This document shows positions 7,612 to 14,078 of a stretch of DNA of 16,853 nucleotides, one piece after another. Position 1 is the stretch's first letter. The number at the start of each line of letters is the position of its first letter. Below the pieces are notes generated by a model. It saw only the letters and a program-made list of their open reading frames with translations, did no database searches and was not told the origin of the DNA. This DNA comes from a virus. Its lineage: Duplodnaviria > Heunggongvirae > Uroviricota > Caudoviricetes. The stretch lies in IMG/VR virus record IMGVR_UViG_3300027659_000024; one strand, given 5' to 3'. The translations under genes were made by a program, and so were the position numbers.

Positions 7612-8229
7612 CTAGCCAAGTGTACCTTGGCATATTTTTAAAAATACATTTTGCTTTCTTTTTAAACAAAAACAGTTTTTATAGTATAAATTTGAATAAA
7701 TTAAACAAACTGACTTATTACCTGACTGTATCAATCTGAATATTCTAGATGTTTTGTCATTTTTTAATGGTGTTCTATGATTTGTTACTTTCTCAAGATA
7801 AGTTTGAATTTTTTGTAGTATTTTTAAATTTTTACTTGTTAAACTCCAAATTAATTTTGAACTATTTTCTTTAGTAAGAATAACTGAACCATCTGCATCA
7901 AAATAACCCCTTATGAAATCTTTTTTGTAATTGTCCTTTATTTGATCAAACACATCTGACTCTTCTAAGTAAGTTTTATTTTTTAATATACCCGCACGGA
8001 TAAATAATTGTGAACTTTCATAATTCAAATCTAATCTACAACTTTCAAATAAACCCGTCTGGCATTTTGAATAGTAATCTTTAACTTTGTTTTCTTGAAA
8101 AATTTCATAACTTATTTTTACAAGATGCTCTTTATCTTTTTTAGATAACCTTATGGTTATTCTTCTTCCGTCAGAAGAACCGTCACCATATATAAAACCC
8201 AAAATATAATAGAAAATTTCTTTTTTCAT
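7612..8229 (-). CDS. free-standing double-motif LAGLIDADG homing endonuclease
   Basis: YILGFIYGDGS and FIRGYFDADGSV motifs. Confidence 0.85.
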   Translation of the reverse strand: MKKEIFYYILGFIYGDGSSDGRRITIRLSKKDKEHLVKISYEIFQENKVKDYYSKCQTGLFESCRLDLNYESSQLFIRAGILKNKTYLEESDVFDQIKDNYKKDFIRGYFDADGSVILTKENSSKLIWSLTSKNLKILQKIQTYLEKVTNHRTPLKNDKTSRIFRLIQSGNKSVCLIYSNLYYKNCFCLKRKQNVFLKICQGTLG

Positions 8230-8232
8230 AAA

Positions 8233-8315
8233 CCTCTCCTGTTAAATTTAAATATTTTTAACAGGAAAGTATTAGTTTCGCCAAATGAAATTTTGTAGAT
8301 TGCTGAAACTTTCCT
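8233..8315 (-). promoter_or_regulatory. structured leader able to occlude the LAGLIDADG RBS
   Basis: 10-bp IR 8237-8246/8257-8266 buries AGGA of AGGAGAGG; competing 8-bp helix 8263-8270/8308-8315. Confidence 0.55.
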
Positions 8316-8320
8316 AAAAC

Positions 8321-8350
8321 TGGTATCAGAAGGGCAGGGATCGAACCTGC
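8321..8350 (-). tRNA. 3' half of split tRNA-Pro (T arm, acceptor strand, CCA)
   Basis: GCAGG-TTCGATC-CCTGC-CCTTCTGAT-A-CCA. Confidence 0.8.
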
Positions 8351-8360
8351 TTTTCTGATA

Positions 8361-8765
8361 TTACTTATCAAGATCTTTGTGCCAATTTAATTGCGAAGCC
8401 GTTCTTCTTTTATGACAATTAGCACAGAGGACTTGACATTTTTCTATTTCTTTTTTTATTTTATCTAAACTATTGTACACCATCAAGCTTACACAATTAA
8501 TTTTTGTAGTTTGATCCAAATGATCAAATTCTAAAACAACTGGGTCTTTTTCTCCACAAATACAACATGGGTTTTCTTTGAGATAATCCCATAAGTATTG
8601 TCTTTTTTCTATTCTGTTTTGTTTATTTAGATTATTTTTCTTATCTTTCTTTTCTTTTGATAATTTTTTATAATACTGATTATCGTATTCTCTTTTACAA
8701 GGCTTACATTTCTTTTGTGTAATATAGTCTTTTTCAAAAATATTACCACAAGTAAAACACTTCAT
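8361..8765 (-). CDS. HNH endonuclease (Zn-finger type) lying inside tRNA-Pro
   Basis: CCICGE.DPVVLEFDH...EIEKCQVLCANCHKRRT; N-terminal CxxC pairs; GAGG RBS. Confidence 0.9.
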   Translation of the reverse strand: MKCFTCGNIFEKDYITQKKCKPCKREYDNQYYKKLSKEKKDKKNNLNKQNRIEKRQYLWDYLKENPCCICGEKDPVVLEFDHLDQTTKINCVSLMVYNSLDKIKKEIEKCQVLCANCHKRRTASQLNWHKDLDK

Positions 8766-8785
8766 ACATCCTCACAAATTAGTTA

Positions 8786-8830
8786 CCCGGCTCCAAACCG
8801 GGACGATTACCACTCTCGTCACCTTCTGAT
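8786..8830 (-). tRNA. 5' half of split tRNA-Pro(TGG)
   Basis: ATCAGAAGG-TG-ACGA-GAGTGGTAA-TCGT-CCCGG-TTTGGAG-CCGGG; first 9 nt complementary to 8325-8333. Confidence 0.75.
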
Positions 8831-8837
8831 TAAAACT

Positions 8838-8912
8838 TGGCACACGATACGGGAGTCGAACCCGTCTTTAAAGATTGAAAATCTTTTGTCCTAACCGATA
8901 GACGAATCGTGC
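8838..8912 (-). tRNA. tRNA-Glu(TTC)
   Basis: Full cloverleaf, AAAGA-TTTTCAA-TCTTT anticodon arm, encoded CCA. Confidence 0.92.
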
Positions 8913-8922
8913 ATTTAATCTT

Positions 8923-9020
8923 TGGTGGAAATTTCAAGAATCGAACTTGAACACCGTTTCTACCGTTAACAATCAAGTCAGCACAAGGCCCGTCTAGAAT
9001 CAGCTCACCCATATATTCCC
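8923..9020 (-). ncRNA. tRNA-like RNA with intact T arm and CCA but no recognisable D or anticodon arm
   Basis: GGGAATA/AATTTCC-A-CCA with G3:U70; TCAAG-TTCGATT-CTTGA. Confidence 0.6.
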
Positions 9021-9040
9021 ATTTAAAACTTTAAACTCGT

Positions 9041-9265
9041 GGGGAGTACCTTCACACTCTCCCTTGCACTTGTCAATTCAAGTTTTGACGCATTAACGAT
9101 ATTGCTCTCGTCTGATTTCTTTGTCTTAGTACAAAACGGATTCAGAACCACTCTAAGAGTTCTACGGTAACATGTTACCTCTCGGACAGATTAAAACTCT
9201 TAAAAATCTATCCACAGATTTACTGGATTTTGTAAAATACCAAGTCTCACTCAATCTGTAAATCG
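9041..9265 (-). ncRNA. structured RNA of unknown family, copy B
   Basis: Starts just after a promoter; serial hairpins ending ACTTG-AATTGA-CAAGT then GGGAGAGT/ACTCCCC. Confidence 0.6.
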
Positions 9266-9273
9266 ACTTAATT

Positions 9274-9301
9274 ATTATAGCATAATTTTTTAATTTGTCA
9301 A
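9274..9301 (-). promoter_or_regulatory. strong sigma70 promoter for the RNA operon, overlapping the deaminase 3' end
   Basis: TTGACA-N16-TATAAT with TGn extended -10. Confidence 0.8.
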
Positions 9302-9706
9302 GAGTTTTTCTACAATTATTTTTTCTTTTAATTTTTCTACACCTGACAAATCTCTATATTCTTCTAAGTACACCAGTCTTTTTATTCCTGCTTGAGAAAG
9401 CATTGCTGCACAACTTAAACAGGGAGCAAGTGTAACATAGCACGTTGAATCTGTTAAGCTAATTCCTTCTTTTGCTGCTTTTAGTACAGCATTGACTTCA
9501 GCATGAATTACCTCTGCTTTTGTTACGTTGTTTTCTGTTTCGCAAATGTTATCCCAACCAGAAGGTGTACCGTTGTATCCTGTCAATGTTACACCAGATT
9601 TTGTTACAATACAAGCACCAACTTGTTTTCTTTTTGCTTTTGACATTTGCGAGTGCAACAAAGCAGTTGCCATATATGCAGCATCCAATTGTTTTTGAGT
9701 AGGCAT
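9290..9706 (-). CDS. dCMP deaminase (ComEB/CMP-dCMP deaminase family)
   Basis: R.QVGACIV, GYNG, HAE.NA and PCLSC zinc motifs. Confidence 0.93.
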   Translation of the reverse strand: MPTQKQLDAAYMATALLHSQMSKAKRKQVGACIVTKSGVTLTGYNGTPSGWDNICETENNVTKAEVIHAEVNAVLKAAKEGISLTDSTCYVTLAPCLSCAAMLSQAGIKRLVYLEEYRDLSGVEKLKEKIIVEKLLTN

Positions 9707-9707
9707 T

Positions 9708-9863
9708 CTATCGCAACCAAAACCATTTTACAAACAAATTCCAAAACCAAGAACCTAAATCTTCTTCTGGTTGTTCTGATAAAGATATAGAAATGAATTC
9801 TACATTACCATCCGATTCTTCAATTTCTTGCATCATTTTATCAATTTCCGTTTGTTTTGTCAA
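9708..9863 (-). CDS. small acidic protein with Trp-rich C-terminus, 51 aa (not in ORF track)
   Basis: AGGAG RBS then TTG; MTKQTEIDKMMQEIEES...WFWNLFVKWFWLR. Confidence 0.5.
   Translation of the reverse strand: MTKQTEIDKMMQEIEESDGNVEFISISLSEQPEEDLGSWFWNLFVKWFWLR
9835..9863 (-). promoter_or_regulatory. sigma70 promoter upstream of dCMP deaminase
   Basis: TTGACA-N17-TAAAAT with TGn. Confidence 0.6.
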
Positions 9864-9890
9864 GATATTTCTCCTTTTTTTTTTTTATTT

Positions 9891-9966
9891 TGGCGAATGG
9901 ACTCCGATTCGAACGGAGGTTGCAAGGATTTGGAGTCCTGCCGAATAACCACTATCTTATCCACTC
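9891..9966 (-). tRNA. tRNA-Trp(CCA)
   Basis: GAGTGGA/TCCATTC, G73, CT-CCA-AA loop, CTCCG-TTCGAAT-CGGAG, encoded CCA. Confidence 0.88.
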
Positions 9967-9974
9967 TTTTAATA

Positions 9975-10052
9975 TGGTGACACTGGCAGAACTCGAATCT
10001 GCAAACCTACTCCTTAGAAGGGAGTTGCTCTATCCAATTGAGCTACAGTGCC
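9975..10052 (-). tRNA. tRNA-Arg(TCT)
   Basis: Canonical cloverleaf, ACTCC-CTTCTAA-GGAGT, encoded CCA. Confidence 0.93.
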
Positions 10053-10093
10053 TTCGTTTACCAAATAACTCTAAATTAAAATTATTTGGTAAA

Positions 10094-10229
10094 GAGGGTT
10101 TTTACAGAACCCTCATAACTGCAAGTCATTCTTGACACATCCCCCTAGTAGCCTCAAATCTACCTGAGTTTTTGAGCATTACGCTGACACTCTCAAACTC
10201 TTCATGGTTTGTACGCATTTCCAAAGCGT
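10094..10229 (-). ncRNA. structured RNA of unknown family, copy C (more divergent)
   Basis: CAGGTAG...CTACT hairpin, CAAG-AATGA-CTTG, terminal GAGGGTT/AACCCTC; starts right after a promoter. Confidence 0.5.
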
Positions 10230-10235
10230 GACAGA

Positions 10236-10265
10236 ATTATACCTGAAGTTCTGGATCATTGTCAA
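10236..10265 (-). promoter_or_regulatory. sigma70 promoter inside the ClpP-like gene 3' end
   Basis: TTGACA-N18-TATAAT. Confidence 0.6.
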
Positions 10266-10968
10266 GTGTTTTTTCAACTTTTTTAGAAGTTTTCTTTTCT
10301 TTTACCGGAGAGATTTGTTTACTTTGTTTTTTAAATTCTTTCAAAGCTTTTGCTTGCTCTTTTTCTCTTAAAGCAAGTCTGTTCTGAACTCTTGCGTTGA
10401 TTTCATCAGAATCTAACCACATGTCTTTTCCATCCAAAACAGCTTTAATCTCTTCTTGTGTCAAGAAGTCTTTGTAAACATCATTGTAGAATTTCTGCAT
10501 TTGTTTTTCAAAAAAAGTTCCTTGTTGAACATTCTCTGAGAATCGTCCAATGATACCACCTCTGGATTGATGAATTAACATACAACTGTGAGGTAGAGCA
10601 ATACAGTCATCACAAGATAAACTGATAAATGAAGCTCCTGAGTGCGCTTCAGACGTGATTACAGCACGGGTATAAGCTTCAGTAGATCTGATAGCATTGA
10701 CGATGTCTATTGTTGTATTAAGATGACCGCCTTCGCTTGATACAATGAACTCAAAAGTGTCTTCTTCTGAAGAACTTATTAGTGCCTGTATCAAATCTCT
10801 GTATTTGTGAGACTCTTCGATGTCCGTGTCAAAGAACACCCTGTAGTGATTACTTGAGATTGAAGTCTGAAGAATTTTTACTTGCTCTTGCATGTGAAAA
10901 GGTGGAAAATCATCCGAATTCAGGTTTTGACTTAAAGATTGTTTTTTTTCATTTTTTTGTTTTTTCAT
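10237..10968 (-). CDS. ClpP-like serine protease
   Basis: SSEGG, AHSGASFI (nucleophile Ser) and MLIHQ (catalytic His) motifs. Confidence 0.8.
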   Translation of the reverse strand: MKKQKNEKKQSLSQNLNSDDFPPFHMQEQVKILQTSISSNHYRVFFDTDIEESHKYRDLIQALISSSEEDTFEFIVSSEGGHLNTTIDIVNAIRSTEAYTRAVITSEAHSGASFISLSCDDCIALPHSCMLIHQSRGGIIGRFSENVQQGTFFEKQMQKFYNDVYKDFLTQEEIKAVLDGKDMWLDSDEINARVQNRLALREKEQAKALKEFKKQSKQISPVKEKKTSKKVEKTLDNDPELQV

Positions 10969-10977
10969 TTCGTCTCC

Positions 10978-11706
10978 TTAAGCGTAAGCTTTAATGATCG
11001 TCTTTGTCAATTCGCTTCGGACAACATCTTCGACTGTAAATTCGTGATAAGCTACAGATTTAAACTTAGCAGATCCGTCTTCTCTGAAGAACCTAGGTAC
11101 AGCGTCCCTTAGTGCATTCCTGCCTTTGGAATCGACATACAATTGACTATTGTCTCCCAGCACACACACTTTAGTATTCACCCCTGCTCTTTCCATTATC
11201 AATTTAAGAATCAAAGGGGGAAGTTGTTGTGCTTCATCTATGAGAAGTAAAGTGTTGTCAAAAGTACTTCCTAGAACGTAGTTTGGAATCTTAAAGTGTA
11301 GTCTGTGACCTAGATCTGTTTCAACTTTTCCTTTACTTAACAAGTCCTGTAGAATTGTCTTTGTGCTGTTGAAATGTGGTTCACATTTTTCTTCCAGTGT
11401 GTTTGGTAAAGCACCGATTTTGTCCATACCTGCCTCAACAGGTGTTCTGATGATTATAATTTGTTTAGTTGGGTCTCTTAAGTACTCTTGTATAAACGTA
11501 TACAATACAGTCATTGTCTTACCTGATCCACTAGATCCTACAATAAAAGTCAAATCATTTTCAAGTATCTTGTTTCTACAAGTTTTCTGAGTATCGGTGA
11601 GGTGTATCTTGTTTATCCCAAACTGTTCAGACCATTTTTGGGCTTGCGGTCTAGGACTTGATCCTTGCTCAACTCGCTCCCTTCTTGTCTTCTTTTTTTG
11701 TTGCAT
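10978..11706 (-). CDS. phoH: PhoH-family ATPase
   Basis: GSSGSGKT Walker A, IIIIRTPVE, G.LP..LEEK..P, LLLIDEAQ, LGD.SQ, VVRS. Confidence 0.92.
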   Translation of the reverse strand: MQQKKKTRRERVEQGSSPRPQAQKWSEQFGINKIHLTDTQKTCRNKILENDLTFIVGSSGSGKTMTVLYTFIQEYLRDPTKQIIIIRTPVEAGMDKIGALPNTLEEKCEPHFNSTKTILQDLLSKGKVETDLGHRLHFKIPNYVLGSTFDNTLLLIDEAQQLPPLILKLIMERAGVNTKVCVLGDNSQLYVDSKGRNALRDAVPRFFREDGSAKFKSVAYHEFTVEDVVRSELTKTIIKAYA

Positions 11707-11722
11707 TGATTACCTCCTTATT

Positions 11723-11998
11723 TTAAGAAGTTGACTTGCGACCTCTTTTTGTTTGTGGTTCTTTTGTCTGTGAAGCAACTGATTCTGGTTGAACAACTTT
11801 ATCAACTACAGCTTCAGTTTTAAGAACAACGGGTTGCTTTTCTTCTTCTCGTTTGACCATAACACAGTTATAATTCCCAACGTATGCTGTAGGCATTTTA
11901 TCATTGTCTGTTGAAAATACGTAACCCTCTTGTACAGCCTCTTGTACAGCTACACAGAACTCCCAAAAACTGAATTGTGTAATATTTTTTAATACCAT
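11723..11998 (-). CDS. hypothetical protein, 91 aa
   Basis: ORF track; AAGGAGG RBS. Confidence 0.8.
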   Translation of the reverse strand: MVLKNITQFSFWEFCVAVQEAVQEGYVFSTDNDKMPTAYVGNYNCVMVKREEEKQPVVLKTEAVVDKVVQPESVASQTKEPQTKRGRKSTS

Positions 11999-12007
11999 GT
12001 ATCCTCC

Positions 12008-12148
12008 TTAGTTATCATAATTATTTAAATTAAAGTACTGGTTTCTGGAAAGGTTTATGCTTCCAGAATCAATCAAATCAAGAATATCTTGATCGTACAA
12101 TTGATCTTCTTCATGATCAACTAAGGGTTCAGAAAAATAATTATTCAT
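12008..12148 (-). CDS. small acidic protein, 46 aa (not in ORF track)
   Basis: First ORF after the leftward promoter; AGGA RBS; stop abuts next RBS. Confidence 0.55.
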   Translation of the reverse strand: MNNYFSEPLVDHEEDQLYDQDILDLIDSGSINLSRNQYFNLNNYDN

Positions 12149-12185
12149 TTTGTATTTCCTATCCCTTTTAGTTAATTGAGATTGT

Positions 12186-12213
12186 ATTGTAGCATAAAAA
12201 CCACAAATGTCAA
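12186..12213 (-). promoter_or_regulatory. leftward sigma70 promoter
   Basis: TTGACA-N16-TACAAT with TGn. Confidence 0.8.
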
Positions 12214-12271
12214 GTATTTTTTAAAGTTTTTTCATTTATTTTAAATTTTATTAAAAAACTTTAAAAAATAC

Positions 12272-12299
12272 TTGACAAATCTAAAAAATGTGTTATACT
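12272..12299 (+). promoter_or_regulatory. rightward sigma70 promoter
   Basis: TTGACA-N16-TATACT with TGn, A-tract upstream. Confidence 0.8.
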
Positions 12300-12305
12300 T
12301 ATTGA

Positions 12306-12592
12306 CAAGGGTATCTCTGAAATACAAAAATACAGAGGGTGCGAGGAACTGCGGAATAAACCCTACTTACATGGTAAAGGATGACACCTTTGCGGTTTGA
12401 GAGTAAAGGCGTACAAGTATAAATCTTCTCCGGTGGCTAGTCAAGCTATTTATTTACGATGATGGAGTCTCTTGTGCGAATCAAGCCTAGTGGCTCCGAG
12501 GGAAACCTTTGGTGAACTACAGATTGACTGGTCAAGTGGAGAACTTAGTTTTCTCCCTAAAGGCCATGTTTTATCTAAAGTTCACCAAGGGA
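12306..12592 (+). ncRNA. long structured leader or ncRNA
   Basis: No long ORF; helices CCTTTGGTGAACT/AGTTCACCAAGGG, GGAGAAC/TTTCTCC, CCTTTGC/GTAAAGG, CTTG/CAAG. Confidence 0.45.
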
Positions 12593-12627
12593 AATTATAA
12601 CTTATTGATTTTTAAAGGATTTTATTA

Positions 12628-13137
12628 ATGTCTTATCAGAATGAAATACAAAAAGAAGATATACTTAAAATATTTGAATATGATCCTTTATCAGGTGATC
12701 TTACAAGAAAGAGTACAGGAAAGAAAGTTAAATATCCTGAATTTGATAGAGTACCTAAAGTTACTTTTAAAGTAAAAGATAAGACTTATAGACTGCACTC
12801 TCACACTATCGTGTGGTTCATGTGTTATGGAGAGTGGCCTAAATATGTAATCTTTCATAAGGATTTTAATCAATTCAATTTAAGAATTACAAATTTAATG
12901 GAAGTAAATAGATTACACAATTACGCTTTACTTAGCGCATATAAAAATTTAACTGAATATTGTGATATCAAACCTCATAGTCAAGATAAGCATATTTATT
13001 TAGTCAGATATATATCAAATAACAGACTGAAATACGAACAATACCACGATATGAAGTTTGCTCAACTAGCGTGTAAAAGACTTAAAGAAAATTACAGAAG
13101 ACTTATAATTCAACTTGGTGCTATACCTCCATCTTAA
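12628..13137 (+). CDS. HNH_3-type endonuclease-like protein, probably degenerate
   Basis: FEYDP.SG.L, HTIVWFM.YGEWP, HKD....N.RITNL; AAAGGA RBS. Confidence 0.75.
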   Translation: MSYQNEIQKEDILKIFEYDPLSGDLTRKSTGKKVKYPEFDRVPKVTFKVKDKTYRLHSHTIVWFMCYGEWPKYVIFHKDFNQFNLRITNLMEVNRLHNYALLSAYKNLTEYCDIKPHSQDKHIYLVRYISNNRLKYEQYHDMKFAQLACKRLKENYRRLIIQLGAIPPS

Positions 13138-13166
13138 GTGTATTTATAAAATATATAATAAAAGTA

Positions 13167-13195
13167 TTGACTTTGTAGTATATATTTGGTATAAT
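13167..13195 (+). promoter_or_regulatory. sigma70 promoter for the packaging operon
   Basis: TTGACT-N17-TATAAT with TGn. Confidence 0.75.
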
Positions 13196-13295
13196 AGTTC
13201 TCATATCTTAAAAGAAAACCGCAGACTGGTACAATAAATTATAACAGATAAATTAAAATTCTGTTGTGTTTACTTATCCCGGTCTTTTGGTATTT

Positions 13296-13368
13296 AAGGT
13301 GTACTTTCGTTAGTTATTCAATCCCTCCTTGTTGGATAGACTAAGACGGAATCCGTAACCGTCACCTT
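13296..13368 (+). promoter_or_regulatory. three-way-junction leader with an anti-SD-like loop
   Basis: AAGGT/ACCTT closing helix; 12-bp hairpin with loop TCCCTCCTTG; GACGG-AATCCGTAA-CCGTC. Confidence 0.45.
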
Positions 13369-13407
13369 TCTAAAAACAATAATAACATACAATTTAAAGG
13401 AAATCAA

Positions 13408-13581
13408 ATGAAATGCTTCTATTGCAAAAGCAACCTACCGTCTAACTCTGTATCTGACATCTGTGAGAATTGTCTCTTTCATCTAGATGACGATGACTCC
13501 GATTACGATGATAATCTTCAGAAGGATATTGAAGCTATCCTCAACAAGACTGGGGCAACCCCAGCAAGATTTATTGAATAA
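13408..13581 (+). CDS. small Zn-finger acidic protein, 57 aa (not in ORF track)
   Basis: MKCFYC...ICENC, Asp-rich tail; AAAGGA RBS. Confidence 0.75.
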   Translation: MKCFYCKSNLPSNSVSDICENCLFHLDDDDSDYDDNLQKDIEAILNKTGATPARFIE

Positions 13582-13590
13582 GGAAATAAG

Positions 13591-13965
13591 ATGCCTTTTA
13601 AGCCTAACGATCCTAATATAAACCGTGCCGGTTTAATTCCGAAAACGCACAAACCTTCCGCTAAAGAATTAAAGCAAAAAGAGATTATGTCCTTGTTGCG
13701 AAAACTAAAGCCCTTAATGAGTAAAAGCGTAAACACTGCTGCAAAGATTATAGACAGCGAAGATGCTAGTGAATCCGGTAAGCTTCGTGCTGCTACCATC
13801 CTTCTTGGTTTGTATAAAGACTTGATTTGCGAAGCTTACAATCACGATATCAAAGCAGAAGATCTAGTGTCAGACCCACAAGAAATTGATACAAGTAAAA
13901 ATGCTCCAATCTTTAGTTTGACCGTTTTGAAACCTGAAACAGAAGATAAACAAGAAGATTCTTAA
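13591..13965 (+). CDS. putative terminase small subunit
   Basis: N-terminal F.P..P.INR.G motif, helical body, position upstream of terL. Confidence 0.55.
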   Translation: MPFKPNDPNINRAGLIPKTHKPSAKELKQKEIMSLLRKLKPLMSKSVNTAAKIIDSEDASESGKLRAATILLGLYKDLICEAYNHDIKAEDLVSDPQEIDTSKNAPIFSLTVLKPETEDKQEDS

Positions 13966-13977
13966 AGTTTAAAAATA

Positions 13978-14078
13978 AAAGATAGGTAGGCCAACCGAAA
14001 AGCACATTTCTCTCTGTGTGCCCTCTTTTATTTCCCGTTTTATCAGATAGAGAGATTTTAATTTTAGGAGAGAAGATT
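13978..14078 (+). promoter_or_regulatory. candidate pseudoknot leader over the HNH RBS
   Basis: GCACAT/GTGTGC hairpin whose loop TTCTCTCT is complementary to GGAGAGAA (14067-14074). Confidence 0.45.

Noticed and set aside
7460-8320. Group I intron housing the LAGLIDADG gene
   Set aside because: No P7 (GACUA/UAGUC) pair or P/Q elements in the flanks and no interrupted host gene
8351-8785. Self-splicing intron explanation for the tRNA-Pro insertion
   Set aside because: Only 30 non-coding nt flank the ORF, too few for a group I/II core, and the flanks do not pair
7100-10060. Suppressor tRNA or stop-codon recoding
   Set aside because: No CTA/TTA/TCA anticodon in a proper anticodon arm, and genes read normally in the standard code
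7366-10135. ORFs 7366..7584(+), 8830..9012(-) and 9857..10135(+)
   Set aside because: They overlap clear tRNA or tRNA-like genes and have no RBS or protein motif
7100-10230. Known small ribozymes (HDV-like/theta, hammerhead, twister, pistol) beside the tRNAs
   Set aside because: Could not place their conserved cores by eye; a covariance-model search is needed to exclude them formally
14016-14078. N-terminal extension of the HNH ORF
   Set aside because: Runs through the structured leader; ATG 14079 has the RBS and begins the NUMOD4 domain
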